DNA from: Candidatus Altiarchaeota archaeon | GTDB taxonomy: Archaea; Altiarchaeota; Altiarchaeia; IMC4; SCGC-AAA252-I15 | Direction of reading: 5' to 3' | Assembly (NCBI GenBank): GCA_043800255.1 | Contig: JAZDNF010000006.1 | Coordinates: 54,730-118,729, forward strand | DNA length: 64,000 nucleotides | Shown: in pieces, positions 16,922 to 26,311 of the stretch | How positions within the stretch are numbered: the first letter of the stretch is position 1 | Layout: each line of letters begins with the position of its first letter | The notes under the pieces: generated by a model | The model's database searches: none | What the model was told of the DNA's origin: nothing | The model's input: only the letters and a program-made list of their open reading frames with translations | Position numbers and translations under genes: made by a program

Positions 16922-19018
16922 ATGAAACGCGCTCTCGCGACGCTTTTGATAGTATGCGCAATAGCGAACGCCTCAGCCACAGACTATCTGACGCAACTGT
17001 GGCAGTTCGACACCAGAGCCCCAAGCGAGAAAGTCTACCTGCTGAACTCGGACTCAGGCCCCGAGAAGGAGATACTGGTAGGGTCCTATGAGAGCGGCGT
17101 AGTGTTCGCCCTCGCGGCCAACGGCAGCAAGCTCTGGGAGTTCCACATCAAGGGCAGGATGTTCGGATTCCACGCGGCCGAGGTTCCGCTGAACACAGGA
17201 GAGGTTGCGATGGGCACTTGGAGCAGGGCAGTCTCCCTCAACGCTGACGGCAACAAAAGCTGGCAGTACTTCATCTCAAGGTATGAGATAAGGTCAGTCT
17301 ACGTCGACGACCTGAACAACGACGGCAGGGCAGAGACGGCGCTAGGCATTCTCGGAGGATGGAGAGGCAACACCGTCACGCTTGCAGACAGCATCGGCGA
17401 AGTAATCTGCAAGGCAACCATCCCAAAGACAGGATACCCCTACAGCATAACCTCGCTCGACATCAACTCTGACGGCAAGAAGGAGATGATAGTCGGGCTG
17501 GCAGCCTACACCGTCAACACCGTGGCAGAAAGCTACTCTCTGGGATTCACCAGACCGTCAACGCTTACAGCATACAACATCAACTGCGAGCAGCTGTGGG
17601 AGGCTCCAACGCCAGGCGGTGTCAAGTCGCTGGCGGTGGGGGACATCAACAACGACGGAGCCAGCGAACTCCTTGCAGGGGCTAACAGCTACCTGATAGC
17701 CTACCTCGGCAATGGGAAGCAGCTTTGGGATTACTCAGCAGACGGCGAAATCAATGACATCGCAGTAGGCGACCTCAACGGGGACGGCCTCAACGACATT
17801 GTGGTTGGGGCAGGAAGCCTGCACGTGCTGAACAGCTCCGGCAGCCTCCTCTGGAGGTCAGGCAAGCTCAGCTCGGCGAACTCCATAGTCATAAGGGACC
17901 TGGACTTCGACGACAAGCCGGAGATAATAGTCGGGGCCTCCAAACTGTACATCTTCGACTGGATGGGGAACATAATCTACACTTCGACGGTGCCGAGCGA
18001 AGTCTACTCCGTGAAGGCTGAGGACGTGACAGGAGACGATTACGTCGAGATTGCGGCAAGCTCAAAAGACGACCAGCTCAGGCTCTACGCCACAAAACCT
18101 TACGTGGAAGAACACAGGGCCGAAACCCTCTACAAGAAGGCTGAGAGCGTATACGAAAACAGGAACTACTCCCAGGTTGGGGAATACGCCGAACAGGCCA
18201 GGAAAGTCTATGACGAACTGGGAGACGCGGACGGCTCCACCAAGGCCAAACTGCTGGCTGAGAAGGCATTAGACCACATGGACGCCGACAATTACACAAT
18301 GATTGCAAGAGGATACTATGATATGGGAGACTACGAGAACGCATCAGGATACTCCCAGAAGGCTCTTGAGATATACAAGCAGCTCGACGACATAAGGGCG
18401 ATAAACGAGATGACCAGGCTGTCGAAGGCGTCTGACGTTACACCAGACGCGGAAGGAAACCTCAGCATGGCGCGCCAGTACTATGACAGCAGAGACTTCG
18501 AGAACGCGAAAACATACGCTAGGACGGCATTCTCGCTCTACACCATGATAAACGACGCCAACATGTCAAACACGTCCAAGAAACTGATAGACGACATCGA
18601 ACTCCAAAGCGAGGCCAAGAAGAACTACGATGAGGCCATGTTCTACTACGACGAGAAAGCCTACGACACCACGAGAGAATACCTGAACACGGCTGGCGAA
18701 ATCTACGAGAGCCTTGGAGACGCCTACGGTATGAAGCTTGTCGAAGACGCCAGCAAGAAGTTGAGCAGGACAAAAACGCTGGGAGCGGTGATGTTCTACG
18801 GCAGCATAATCGCTGGACTTGTCATAATCCTTCTGCTGATAGCGGCAGTCTTCCTCGTCGGGATGATGCTCGGCGGAGGAAGCAAGCGCCCAGAATTGAA
18901 GAAGATAGAGGCCTACGCAACCAAACTGAACCTCATGGGGAGGTTGGACAATATTAGAGGCAGGAAGGAAGTCAGAAAGAGGGAGAAAGGGCGGAAAAAG
19001 AATCTGAGCGGAATTTAA
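16922..19018 (+). CDS. Surface protein: FG-GAP/PQQ-like beta-propeller, TPR-like helices and C-terminal TM
   Basis: Signal peptide; repeated DLNNDG/DINSDG/DLNGDG; AxxYY helical repeats; TM near the C-terminus. Confidence 0.75.
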   Translation: MKRALATLLIVCAIANASATDYLTQLWQFDTRAPSEKVYLLNSDSGPEKEILVGSYESGVVFALAANGSKLWEFHIKGRMFGFHAAEVPLNTGEVAMGTWSRAVSLNADGNKSWQYFISRYEIRSVYVDDLNNDGRAETALGILGGWRGNTVTLADSIGEVICKATIPKTGYPYSITSLDINSDGKKEMIVGLAAYTVNTVAESYSLGFTRPSTLTAYNINCEQLWEAPTPGGVKSLAVGDINNDGASELLAGANSYLIAYLGNGKQLWDYSADGEINDIAVGDLNGDGLNDIVVGAGSLHVLNSSGSLLWRSGKLSSANSIVIRDLDFDDKPEIIVGASKLYIFDWMGNIIYTSTVPSEVYSVKAEDVTGDDYVEIAASSKDDQLRLYATKPYVEEHRAETLYKKAESVYENRNYSQVGEYAEQARKVYDELGDADGSTKAKLLAEKALDHMDADNYTMIARGYYDMGDYENASGYSQKALEIYKQLDDIRAINEMTRLSKASDVTPDAEGNLSMARQYYDSRDFENAKTYARTAFSLYTMINDANMSNTSKKLIDDIELQSEAKKNYDEAMFYYDEKAYDTTREYLNTAGEIYESLGDAYGMKLVEDASKKLSRTKTLGAVMFYGSIIAGLVIILLLIAAVFLVGMMLGGGSKRPELKKIEAYATKLNLMGRLDNIRGRKEVRKREKGRKKNLSGI

Positions 19019-19044
19019 TAAACGACCAATACCATAGTAATCTC

Positions 19045-19464
19045 ATGGCAGGCAAGAAGAAATCGTCATCGGCTGAGGCCGGCTCCAGGAGGAAGAGGCT
19101 GAAGGATCTGGAGCAGAGGCTGAAGAAGCTGGACATGGAGCTGTCAAGCATAGAGGAGGACCTGAGCAAGCCGCTGCATTCTGAAGTCCTGGGAGAGGAA
19201 TTGCACAGGAGAGAGCTCATCAGCATGAACGTGAAAGAGGATGAGCTGAAGAGAAAACAGATGTTAAAAGGCTTCTACAAGAAGTTCGTCTTCAGGTGCC
19301 TCAAGTGCAGGGAGGACTTCAAGGGAGAAATAACCGTCGAGCCTGTCATAAAGAGCCTCAGGTGCCCATCATGCGGAAAAGTCCACGGCATAGGCCTGAC
19401 ACCAAGCTCAAGATACCACAACCTCAGCATCCCCAAGTCGCTTGAACTGGTAAAGCATGAGTGA
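19045..19464 (+). CDS. Coiled-coil plus zinc-ribbon protein
   Basis: CLKC and CPSC pairs. Confidence 0.6.
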   Translation: MAGKKKSSSAEAGSRRKRLKDLEQRLKKLDMELSSIEEDLSKPLHSEVLGEELHRRELISMNVKEDELKRKQMLKGFYKKFVFRCLKCREDFKGEITVEPVIKSLRCPSCGKVHGIGLTPSSRYHNLSIPKSLELVKHE

Positions 19465-19738
19465 TTTGACATCAGACGATGTTAAGCTGCTTCTTATGAG
19501 GGATGCCCTTGAGAGGGACGCCCTGAACAGGATACGATGGGACAGCAGACTGAGGACTGACAGTTTTGATATAGCCTATTATGACAGGATAACCGGGAGA
19601 CTCACGGCCATACCCTACACTGAAATCGAAGTCGAGGGAGACTTCCTCAGGCACGGAGACAGCATGATACCGTTGCACAGGATAAGGGAGATAAGATACT
19701 GTGGAGAGATAGTCTGGGCTAAACGCAGGAGCCCATGA
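19457..19738 (+). CDS. DUF504/MJ1316 (UPF0248) family protein
   Basis: LNRIRWD, YYDR, IPLHRIREI, GEIVW. Confidence 0.85.
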   Translation: MSDLTSDDVKLLLMRDALERDALNRIRWDSRLRTDSFDIAYYDRITGRLTAIPYTEIEVEGDFLRHGDSMIPLHRIREIRYCGEIVWAKRRSP

Positions 19739-20387
19739 AAGCGCACATGCTCCCGATGGGGCATCCTCCGCATATTGGCCTCTTCCTGCAGCATTCCTTC
19801 GCAAGCCTGACTATGAGCGCATGATATTCGTCATACAGTCTCACACTCCTCGCCAGATTGTCCTCGAAGAATGATTTCACGGCATCATAGCTTTCCCCTC
19901 CCCCCAGGAACCCAACCCTCTCGAAGACTCTTCTCGTGTAGGCGTCGACGACAAATGACGGCTTACGGGCGGCATACAATATTATGCTGTCCGCGGTCTC
20001 AGGGCCGATGCCCCATATGCCAAGCAGCTCAGCTCTCAGCTTCCCGGCAGGCTGGGCTAGCATCGAACTGAGGCTCCCACCGTGCTCTTCTAGGATGTGG
20101 CCTGCGAAACTTTTCAGCTTCCCGGCCTTTACATTGTGGTAGAGTGTGGGCCGTATCAGCCTCGAGAGCCTCCTGCCATCGCAACCGCCCATAGCTTTCA
20201 CTGACAGCAGCCCCTCCTCCTTGAGTCTTGCAACCGCTTTCTCGACGTTCGCCCACGAGGTGGACTGCGTGAGTATGGCTCCAACGCACATCTCAAACTC
20301 TGATTCCGCAGGCCACCAGCCCTGCGGGCCGAAACGGTCGAACAGCCTCCCGTATATCAGAACAAGCCTACTTCCTGCGCCTTCCAT
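19719..20387 (-). CDS. HhH-GPD endonuclease III-related DNA glycosylase
   Basis: GPQGWWP, GAILTQ, GIGPETADSI, VDAYTRR, C-terminal FeS Cys cluster. Confidence 0.9.
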   Translation of the reverse strand: MEGAGSRLVLIYGRLFDRFGPQGWWPAESEFEMCVGAILTQSTSWANVEKAVARLKEEGLLSVKAMGGCDGRRLSRLIRPTLYHNVKAGKLKSFAGHILEEHGGSLSSMLAQPAGKLRAELLGIWGIGPETADSIILYAARKPSFVVDAYTRRVFERVGFLGGGESYDAVKSFFEDNLARSVRLYDEYHALIVRLAKECCRKRPICGGCPIGSMCAFMGSCV

Positions 20388-22128
20388 CGAATTTCTTCTC
20401 TATTGACTTCAAAAATGACGGGCTGTATTTTTCCAGAAGCTCCTCCTCGAACAGGGACTCAAGGTTCTTTATGTGCTCCAGTTTCGTCTTGCTGAGATGC
20501 TCAGGACTCCGGGCAACATCGTCTATTATGTCAGACACCTTCTCGCCAGCTACCATCCTCGGGAATATCACATAGTCTGCTCCGATGTTGTACAACTCCA
20601 GAGCGTGGTTCAATGTTTCTGCGTTGACGAAGACGAGCGCGTCGGGGTTCCTGCTCTTAGCCTCCTTCACCAGCAGTAGGTTATCCTCCTGGTCGGGTAT
20701 GGTGGAGATTATCATCTCAGCATCTGGCAGCCCCATCCTATTGATTATCTCCATGTCCCCGATGTCCCCGTATATCGTATGATAGCCCTCGTCTATCAGC
20801 TTCCTGACGATGTCAGGGTTGAAGTCTATCACAAGAGTGGGCTTCTTCTCTTTCCTCAGCATCTTCACTATGGAGTAGCCCATGCGATGGCAGCCGCACA
20901 CGACAGCATGCTTTGTATGCTTTATGGGAACATCCTCAAGCACCAGTTCCCTCATGGAAAGCCTCTCAAACGGCACCAGAGCCTTCGAGACCAGTTTATA
21001 GATGCTATTGTCGAACTCTATCATGTATGATGTGAGCGTGAAGGTGATGACAGCCATCAACGCTATCAGGGAGAATATCTCAGGGCTGATGTGGCCCAAC
21101 GCCACGCCCTGGATGGCGATTATGAGGGAGAACTCGCTGATCTGCGTCAGCGATATGGAAGTGAGGAAAGACGTCCTCCTCCCGTAGCCGTACAGCGAGG
21201 TTATGGCCATTATTATGATAGGCTTCAGAGCGATTATTATGGCAACGAAGACCACCAGCGGCAGGATAATTCTCGAAATATCGGAGACCCATATTTCCAT
21301 GCCAAGGGAGACGAAGAATATTGTCACGAAGAAGTCCCTGAGAGAGCGCAGCCTGCTGACGATTTCAATGTTATAGGGGAAGGTGGCCACGCTTATGCCA
21401 GCTATGAAGGAGCCTATCGCTATGGAGAACCCGCTCATGTCAGCGAGGAATGAGAATAGGAAACACAGTGACAGCGCCGTGAGGAACAGCATCTCAGTCG
21501 ACTTGGCGACGAACCGCAGTATTGACGGGAGCACGAACCTGCTGAGGAAGAAGGCTATGAAGAACAAACCCAGCCCCTTCAGTATCGAGGCAGCTATCAT
21601 CGAGCCTGTGAAACCGTCCTGCCCCGACAGGATGGACAATGCCATTATAGCTATCACGTCCTCAGTCAGCAGGATTCCCAGAACAACCCTGCCATGGAGG
21701 GTGTCCAGTTCGCCCTTGTCCGAGAGGAGCTTGATGACTATCATGGTGCTGCTGAGCGCCAGCGTCAGTCCGATGTATATGGCCTCCATGTTAGAGTAGC
21801 CGATGTTCTGGGCCACGAGGAAGCCGACAGCGAACAACAGTATGCTTTTCGCGAAGGCTGTCGAGGTCGCAGCCAGCCCCAAATCCTTAAGCCTTCTCAG
21901 GTCCAATTCCAAGCCGACTATGAAGAGCAGAAACGCTATCCCGAACTCTGACAGTATCTTGATGGTCTCAGGTTCGGATATCAGGCCGTAACCCATTGGG
22001 CCGATCAGGATGCCAGCTATCATATAGGCCATCAGGATAGGCTGCCTCAGAAGCCGGGCGACGTAGGCCAGCACAGTCGCAGTCACTATGACCAATCCCA
22101 CATCCCAGAACAACGAGATATCGGCCAT
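20368..22128 (-). CDS. Kef-type cation:proton antiporter with TrkA-N domain
   Basis: Multiple TMs, LSSTMIVIK, ILLTEDV, FFVSLG, SEFSL, C-terminal RCK domain. Confidence 0.9.
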   Translation of the reverse strand: MADISLFWDVGLVIVTATVLAYVARLLRQPILMAYMIAGILIGPMGYGLISEPETIKILSEFGIAFLLFIVGLELDLRRLKDLGLAATSTAFAKSILLFAVGFLVAQNIGYSNMEAIYIGLTLALSSTMIVIKLLSDKGELDTLHGRVVLGILLTEDVIAIMALSILSGQDGFTGSMIAASILKGLGLFFIAFFLSRFVLPSILRFVAKSTEMLFLTALSLCFLFSFLADMSGFSIAIGSFIAGISVATFPYNIEIVSRLRSLRDFFVTIFFVSLGMEIWVSDISRIILPLVVFVAIIIALKPIIIMAITSLYGYGRRTSFLTSISLTQISEFSLIIAIQGVALGHISPEIFSLIALMAVITFTLTSYMIEFDNSIYKLVSKALVPFERLSMRELVLEDVPIKHTKHAVVCGCHRMGYSIVKMLRKEKKPTLVIDFNPDIVRKLIDEGYHTIYGDIGDMEIINRMGLPDAEMIISTIPDQEDNLLLVKEAKSRNPDALVFVNAETLNHALELYNIGADYVIFPRMVAGEKVSDIIDDVARSPEHLSKTKLEHIKNLESLFEEELLEKYSPSFLKSIEKKFDGRRRK

Positions 22129-22205
22129 GTTAAATTATCTCTGCGACTTAAAATAAGAGGATATGCCGGAGGTTTTTATAGCTCATGCACGAATAATCTA
22201 CTCTC

Positions 22206-22670
22206 ATGAACGACTGGGCTTACATTTTTTTGATAAGCATGCTGCCTTGGATAGAGCTGAGGGGCGGCATACCCTACGGCATACTCAAGGCAGGCTTCGA
22301 CCCTCTGTTAGTTGCGGTCATCGCAATTTTAGCAAACGCTGCCATAATATATCCTGCGTTCGTCTTCCTCGACTGGTTCTTTGACATGATGAAAACCATA
22401 CCCCTCATGTCCAACATGATCAGGAAGACGCAGGACAAAGCCAAACCCTACGTGGACAGGTACGGCCTGGTCGGCCTCGGCGCTTTCGTTGCCGTGCCCC
22501 TGCCAGGAACCGGCGCATACGCTGGAGCCCTGGCAGCACACATTCTTGGGATGAAAAACAAAAAAGCGCTTGTCTCGATAGCGGCAGGAGTTGCCACCGC
22601 CGGCGTGGTGGTTACGGTAATAACCGTCTTCTTCAGGGAAAGCCTTGATTTCTTCATAAAGATAATATGA
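22206..22670 (+). CDS. Small multidrug export family membrane protein (COG2426-type)
   Basis: SMLPWIELRGGIP, FVAVPLPGTGAY. Confidence 0.88.
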   Translation: MNDWAYIFLISMLPWIELRGGIPYGILKAGFDPLLVAVIAILANAAIIYPAFVFLDWFFDMMKTIPLMSNMIRKTQDKAKPYVDRYGLVGLGAFVAVPLPGTGAYAGALAAHILGMKNKKALVSIAAGVATAGVVVTVITVFFRESLDFFIKII

Positions 22671-22683
22671 CAAGATTCAAATT

Positions 22684-23433
22684 TCAGCTCTGGGCGTGTT
22701 CTCTGAAGTAGCTCCCCGTTTTCAGCGTTATCTGGTCGTATCTTATGTCATCTAGGAGCTCGTACCAGTATACGGCGCAGCCTGGGCCGAACATCTCCAC
22801 ATAGTATTTCAGCTGCTTCCCATAGTCTCTTTTCACTTCGAAGTCGTCTCCGAATGTGGCTTTGCATTCCACCCAGTTCGCAATCGCGCCATCAACCGTT
22901 ATCGGGCTCTTCAGCAGGAAATCGGGAGTCTTCTTGTGCAGTCTCCTCGCCTCCTCCTCGGTGATGTACTGGACTCCTCTGGCGTCAAGCCAGCGGCCTA
23001 CCTTCGACTCCACGTTCCTGCCGCGCTCGACCTGCACTTGGGTGTTCTTCGGGCTGTACACGTACTCCTTGGCCAGCACATCCCTCAGCTCCTCCCGCAG
23101 CCTGGGTGGTGCCGAATCAGGGTTCCTGAACAGTGAGAGCACTCCCTTCCTGCCCGCCCCATTATCCTGCAGTATCAATGACGCGGTCATGTACGGCGAA
23201 TACTCTATCTCCTGCGCCAGCTTCAGCAGGGTCTCGCCCCTGCTCCACCTTCTCAGGAACTGCGGCGCCATCTTCTTGACCTTATAGTACCTTCGGGTGG
23301 TGTCCCTGACAATCTTCTGCCCCAACAAGATGGAAAGGACCTCGCTTGGCACGGAGAACTGCTCAGAAAGGTTTTTGAAATCTGAGGGCGACTTCAGCAG
23401 AGAATAAATTTGATCATAAGTCTGTCTGTCCAT
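22684..23433 (-). CDS. C15orf41/CDIN1-like TPD-domain PD-(D/E)xK protein
   Basis: KTPDFLL, NWVECKATFGD, QLKYY, FGPGCAVYW. Confidence 0.8.
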   Translation of the reverse strand: MDRQTYDQIYSLLKSPSDFKNLSEQFSVPSEVLSILLGQKIVRDTTRRYYKVKKMAPQFLRRWSRGETLLKLAQEIEYSPYMTASLILQDNGAGRKGVLSLFRNPDSAPPRLREELRDVLAKEYVYSPKNTQVQVERGRNVESKVGRWLDARGVQYITEEEARRLHKKTPDFLLKSPITVDGAIANWVECKATFGDDFEVKRDYGKQLKYYVEMFGPGCAVYWYELLDDIRYDQITLKTGSYFREHAQS

Positions 23434-23541
23434 AAAGTTAAGTATATAAGCTTTGGGGCTTATATTTTAGAAGTCCGGCGGCTGGAAACCGGCCCAGATG
23501 ATATTTAAACTAGCATGCCAGTATGATATGGAGGTTTTAAG

Positions 23542-24087
23542 ATGAAAATCAAGGCAAAGGTTGAGAACATAGTATCTTCCATTACGATTGACAGGCACAT
23601 TGACCTGCCCAAATTCGCCAGAACCGTTAAGGGAATCGAGAACCCCAGCAGGTTCCCGGGGGTCATCTACAGGGTTAAGGAGCCTAAGCTGGCGATGCTC
23701 ATATTCAGGACTGGAAAAGTAATATGCTCCGGCGCGCGCTCGAAGAAGGAGATAGACCAGGCTGTCGAAAAGCTTATCAAAAAGCTGAGGGAGGGCAGCA
23801 TCAGACTGAAATCGAAGCCGATTGTGGAGATACAGAACATCGTAGCCTCCGCGTCGCTGGGATTCCAGGTGAACCTTGACACGCTGGCTATAGAGTGCAT
23901 GAACACGGAATACGAGCCTGAGCAGTTCCCAGGCCTCGTCTTCAGGCTTGACAAGCCTAAAACTGTTATGCTCATCTTCAGGAGCGGGAAGATAATAATA
24001 ACAGGCGCCAAAACTCCAGGCGATGCTAACAAGGCAGCTGAGAGAACGAGGGAAATGGTCAAAAGCTACAACGCAATCATAGGATAG
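23542..24087 (+). CDS. tbp: TATA-box-binding protein
   Basis: Two repeats: ENIVSS..FPGVIYR..LIFRTGK and QNIVAS..YEPEQFPGLVFR..LIFRSGK. Confidence 0.97.
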   Translation: MKIKAKVENIVSSITIDRHIDLPKFARTVKGIENPSRFPGVIYRVKEPKLAMLIFRTGKVICSGARSKKEIDQAVEKLIKKLREGSIRLKSKPIVEIQNIVASASLGFQVNLDTLAIECMNTEYEPEQFPGLVFRLDKPKTVMLIFRSGKIIITGAKTPGDANKAAERTREMVKSYNAIIG

Positions 24088-24101
24088 ACTGGAAGTCCAG
24101 C

Positions 24102-24353
24102 CTATTTCTCCTTTTCTTCTTTCCTCTCAAGTGATTTTTCAAATTCTTCTGAGAAGGTTTCAGGGTCCTTGGCTCTTAGACGTCCAATAATCTCCTTGAA
24201 TCTCTCAGGATCTTTTTCCCTTAATTCTCGGAGACTTTTCACCCCCTCAGGATTCATCAGGTCTATGGTCTCGATTTCACGCTTACCGATGATTTTAAAG
24301 CGGTCGAGACTTTGAGCGTGCTGATTTAATTTCTTCTCCCTTGTCTGTTCCAT
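24102..24353 (-). CDS. Small charged hypothetical protein
   Basis: Internal repeat LREKDPERFKE/LRAKDPETFSE; TATA-like TTTTTATA about 25 nt upstream. Confidence 0.6.
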   Translation of the reverse strand: MEQTREKKLNQHAQSLDRFKIIGKREIETIDLMNPEGVKSLRELREKDPERFKEIIGRLRAKDPETFSEEFEKSLERKEEKEK

Positions 24354-24401
24354 ATTTAGTATAACACACTCGGGATATAAAAATGTCTTTCAGAGGAGAA
24401 C

Positions 24402-24551
24402 CTACTTCTCCTTTGTCTCCTTTTTCTCAGGCTTCTTAGTCTGATCAAGCTTCATCCACAGTTCAGCCTCCGCTTCGGTGAAGTCAGGCATCGGCTGGCC
24501 AGGCTTCAACGTAGGCAGCTGCTTGACAGGGGGCTTCTCCTTCTGCACCAT
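24402..24551 (-). CDS. 49-aa hypothetical protein (not in ORF track)
   Basis: MVQKEKPPVKQLPTLKPGQPMPDFTEAEAELWMKLDQTKKPEKKETKEK*; TATAAAA upstream. Confidence 0.55.
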   Translation of the reverse strand: MVQKEKPPVKQLPTLKPGQPMPDFTEAEAELWMKLDQTKKPEKKETKEK

Positions 24552-24618
24552 ATAAATTAGTGCTGCATCTCGGCTTTTATATCCTCATTCTTAATGTTCT
24601 TTTGGGTGATAGGGGGCG

Positions 24619-25029
24619 GTGGCTACTATTCTGATTGTTGAAGACCATCCTGAGATGCAGAAACTCTATTATAACATGCTCAGCTACGACTACAGCATAC
24701 TCCAGGCTTACAATGTGAGAGAAGCTGAGGAGGCTCTCGAGAAGCATGATGTTGACCTGATAATATTGGACATGGTGCTGCCCGAGCAGGACGGGCACAC
24801 GTTCCTCCTGGACATCAGGAAGAACGAAAAATACAGGAGAACGCCTGTGATAGTCTCAACCGTGCTGTCGAGGAAGAACCAGAGCGTCAGGATGTCCGAA
24901 AAAATCGGGAGAGCCATCTACTTCAAGAAGCCGTTCCACCCGTTCGAGTTCAAAACAGCAGTGGACTCTCATCTTCAGCAGTCCACTAACAAGAAAGAGA
25001 ACTTACTGAAGTACATCAACTCAGACTAG
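24619..25029 (+). CDS. Single-domain response regulator (CheY-like)
   Basis: ILIVEDH, DLIILDMVLP, VIVST, KPF. Confidence 0.9.
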   Translation: MATILIVEDHPEMQKLYYNMLSYDYSILQAYNVREAEEALEKHDVDLIILDMVLPEQDGHTFLLDIRKNEKYRRTPVIVSTVLSRKNQSVRMSEKIGRAIYFKKPFHPFEFKTAVDSHLQQSTNKKENLLKYINSD

Positions 25030-26282
25030 GTTTTACGTTCCAGTGGTCTAAGGGCTTCCAATTCTTTTCTCAGGAAGAGCTGATAGGATTGAGCGCCACC
25101 TGTGGAAATCCACAGTCGGGACGTGTCCGGCGGAGTTTCACCTGTCATTTCAGTCTCAAGGAACTCTTTGAATTTTTTTGTGGCCGTCGCCCCCAGTATA
25201 ATCTTTTCTGCGTCAGTGTTTTCCGCTATCGCCTGCATTATGTGACGTGAACCGTGGCCGTATTCCTCATTCTCGATTATGCCTGGAATCCCGTACATGA
25301 CAACCGTGCCGCTTTCTGCCAGAACCTTTGAGAACTCGGCCCTAGTCTTGTGGCCTATGTCCATTATTGCGCCGCCTTCCTCTATGGCGTCTGTCATAGT
25401 TACGAGCATGTTCTGTTTCTCCAGCTCGCTGAAAAATTTTTTCAGCTTTTGACTGCATTCTATCGGATATTCTATGCCATGGTGTTCGTTCAGATATTTT
25501 TGGCCGCCTAGCGTTCCCGCCACCAGTATTTTGTCCCCTCGTTCGGGTTTAAGCAACCCTCGGCCGAGGAGCAGGTTCACCATATTGATTTTTGAGTCGA
25601 ACTCGTCACCGCCTAACAGTAAAGTCGCTGGTTTTTTTGCATCCTTTAGTTTTTCCATCTTACCCACCAGATGGTCTATCTCACTTCTCAATAGAGTGCC
25701 AGCGACTGCTTTTTTTCCGGCCGCTTTCATAGTCTCTGCCAGCCCCTTCGTCAGGCCGTCGTCTCGGTTAGCCAAAAGCAGCGAATCCATGACGTAGACG
25801 TCTCCTATTTCCGGTAGAGTTGAAACTCCAAGTTCTACCTCCTGCCCTTTGCCTATTAGATTCAACATCAGAATCCCCTCACCCCCATCCATTAGCTCGC
25901 GTCTGACATTCGCCAGGGTTGTTTCATGGACTTTCACTCCAACAGCGTTTTCTAAACCAACTATAGCCTTCTCATGGTCTTCGCTGAGGATCGATTCCAT
26001 ATCACCTGTTCTCCTGTAGACTGACGTCAATGCTATGGCTTTCCCTCCGTTTTTGAGTATATGCTTGAAGGTCTCCGCAGTCCGCGGAAGCTTGTCTGAT
26101 TGATGGTCAACTCTGACAATGACGATCCTTCCATCTAGCTCGTCTCTGCTCACATCCATTATGCTCTTCAGACCCGAGTAATCGTGTTCCTCTCTCGCAC
26201 GCCCCCCGCTACCCTTGATGTCAGGGAAAGGCCCGGAAAGCTTTGGATGAGGGCTGACCCGCCTCGTGAACGGTTCCACCAA
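25026..26282 (-). CDS. Degenerate phosphoglycerate kinase homologue (probable pseudoenzyme)
   Basis: PGK scaffold (VRVD, LLLGG, DIG, ISTGG) with most catalytic motifs substituted. Confidence 0.75.
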   Translation of the reverse strand: MVEPFTRRVSPHPKLSGPFPDIKGSGGRAREEHDYSGLKSIMDVSRDELDGRIVIVRVDHQSDKLPRTAETFKHILKNGGKAIALTSVYRRTGDMESILSEDHEKAIVGLENAVGVKVHETTLANVRRELMDGGEGILMLNLIGKGQEVELGVSTLPEIGDVYVMDSLLLANRDDGLTKGLAETMKAAGKKAVAGTLLRSEIDHLVGKMEKLKDAKKPATLLLGGDEFDSKINMVNLLLGRGLLKPERGDKILVAGTLGGQKYLNEHHGIEYPIECSQKLKKFFSELEKQNMLVTMTDAIEEGGAIMDIGHKTRAEFSKVLAESGTVVMYGIPGIIENEEYGHGSRHIMQAIAENTDAEKIILGATATKKFKEFLETEMTGETPPDTSRLWISTGGAQSYQLFLRKELEALRPLERKT

Positions 26283-26311
26283 TTATCATTAGGAGATTCA
26301 GCGGAGAAAAA

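Noticed and set aside
24102-24353. Ribosomal protein S15-like call from LREKDPERFKEII
   Set aside because: Only a short helix resembles it; the rest of the protein does not match.
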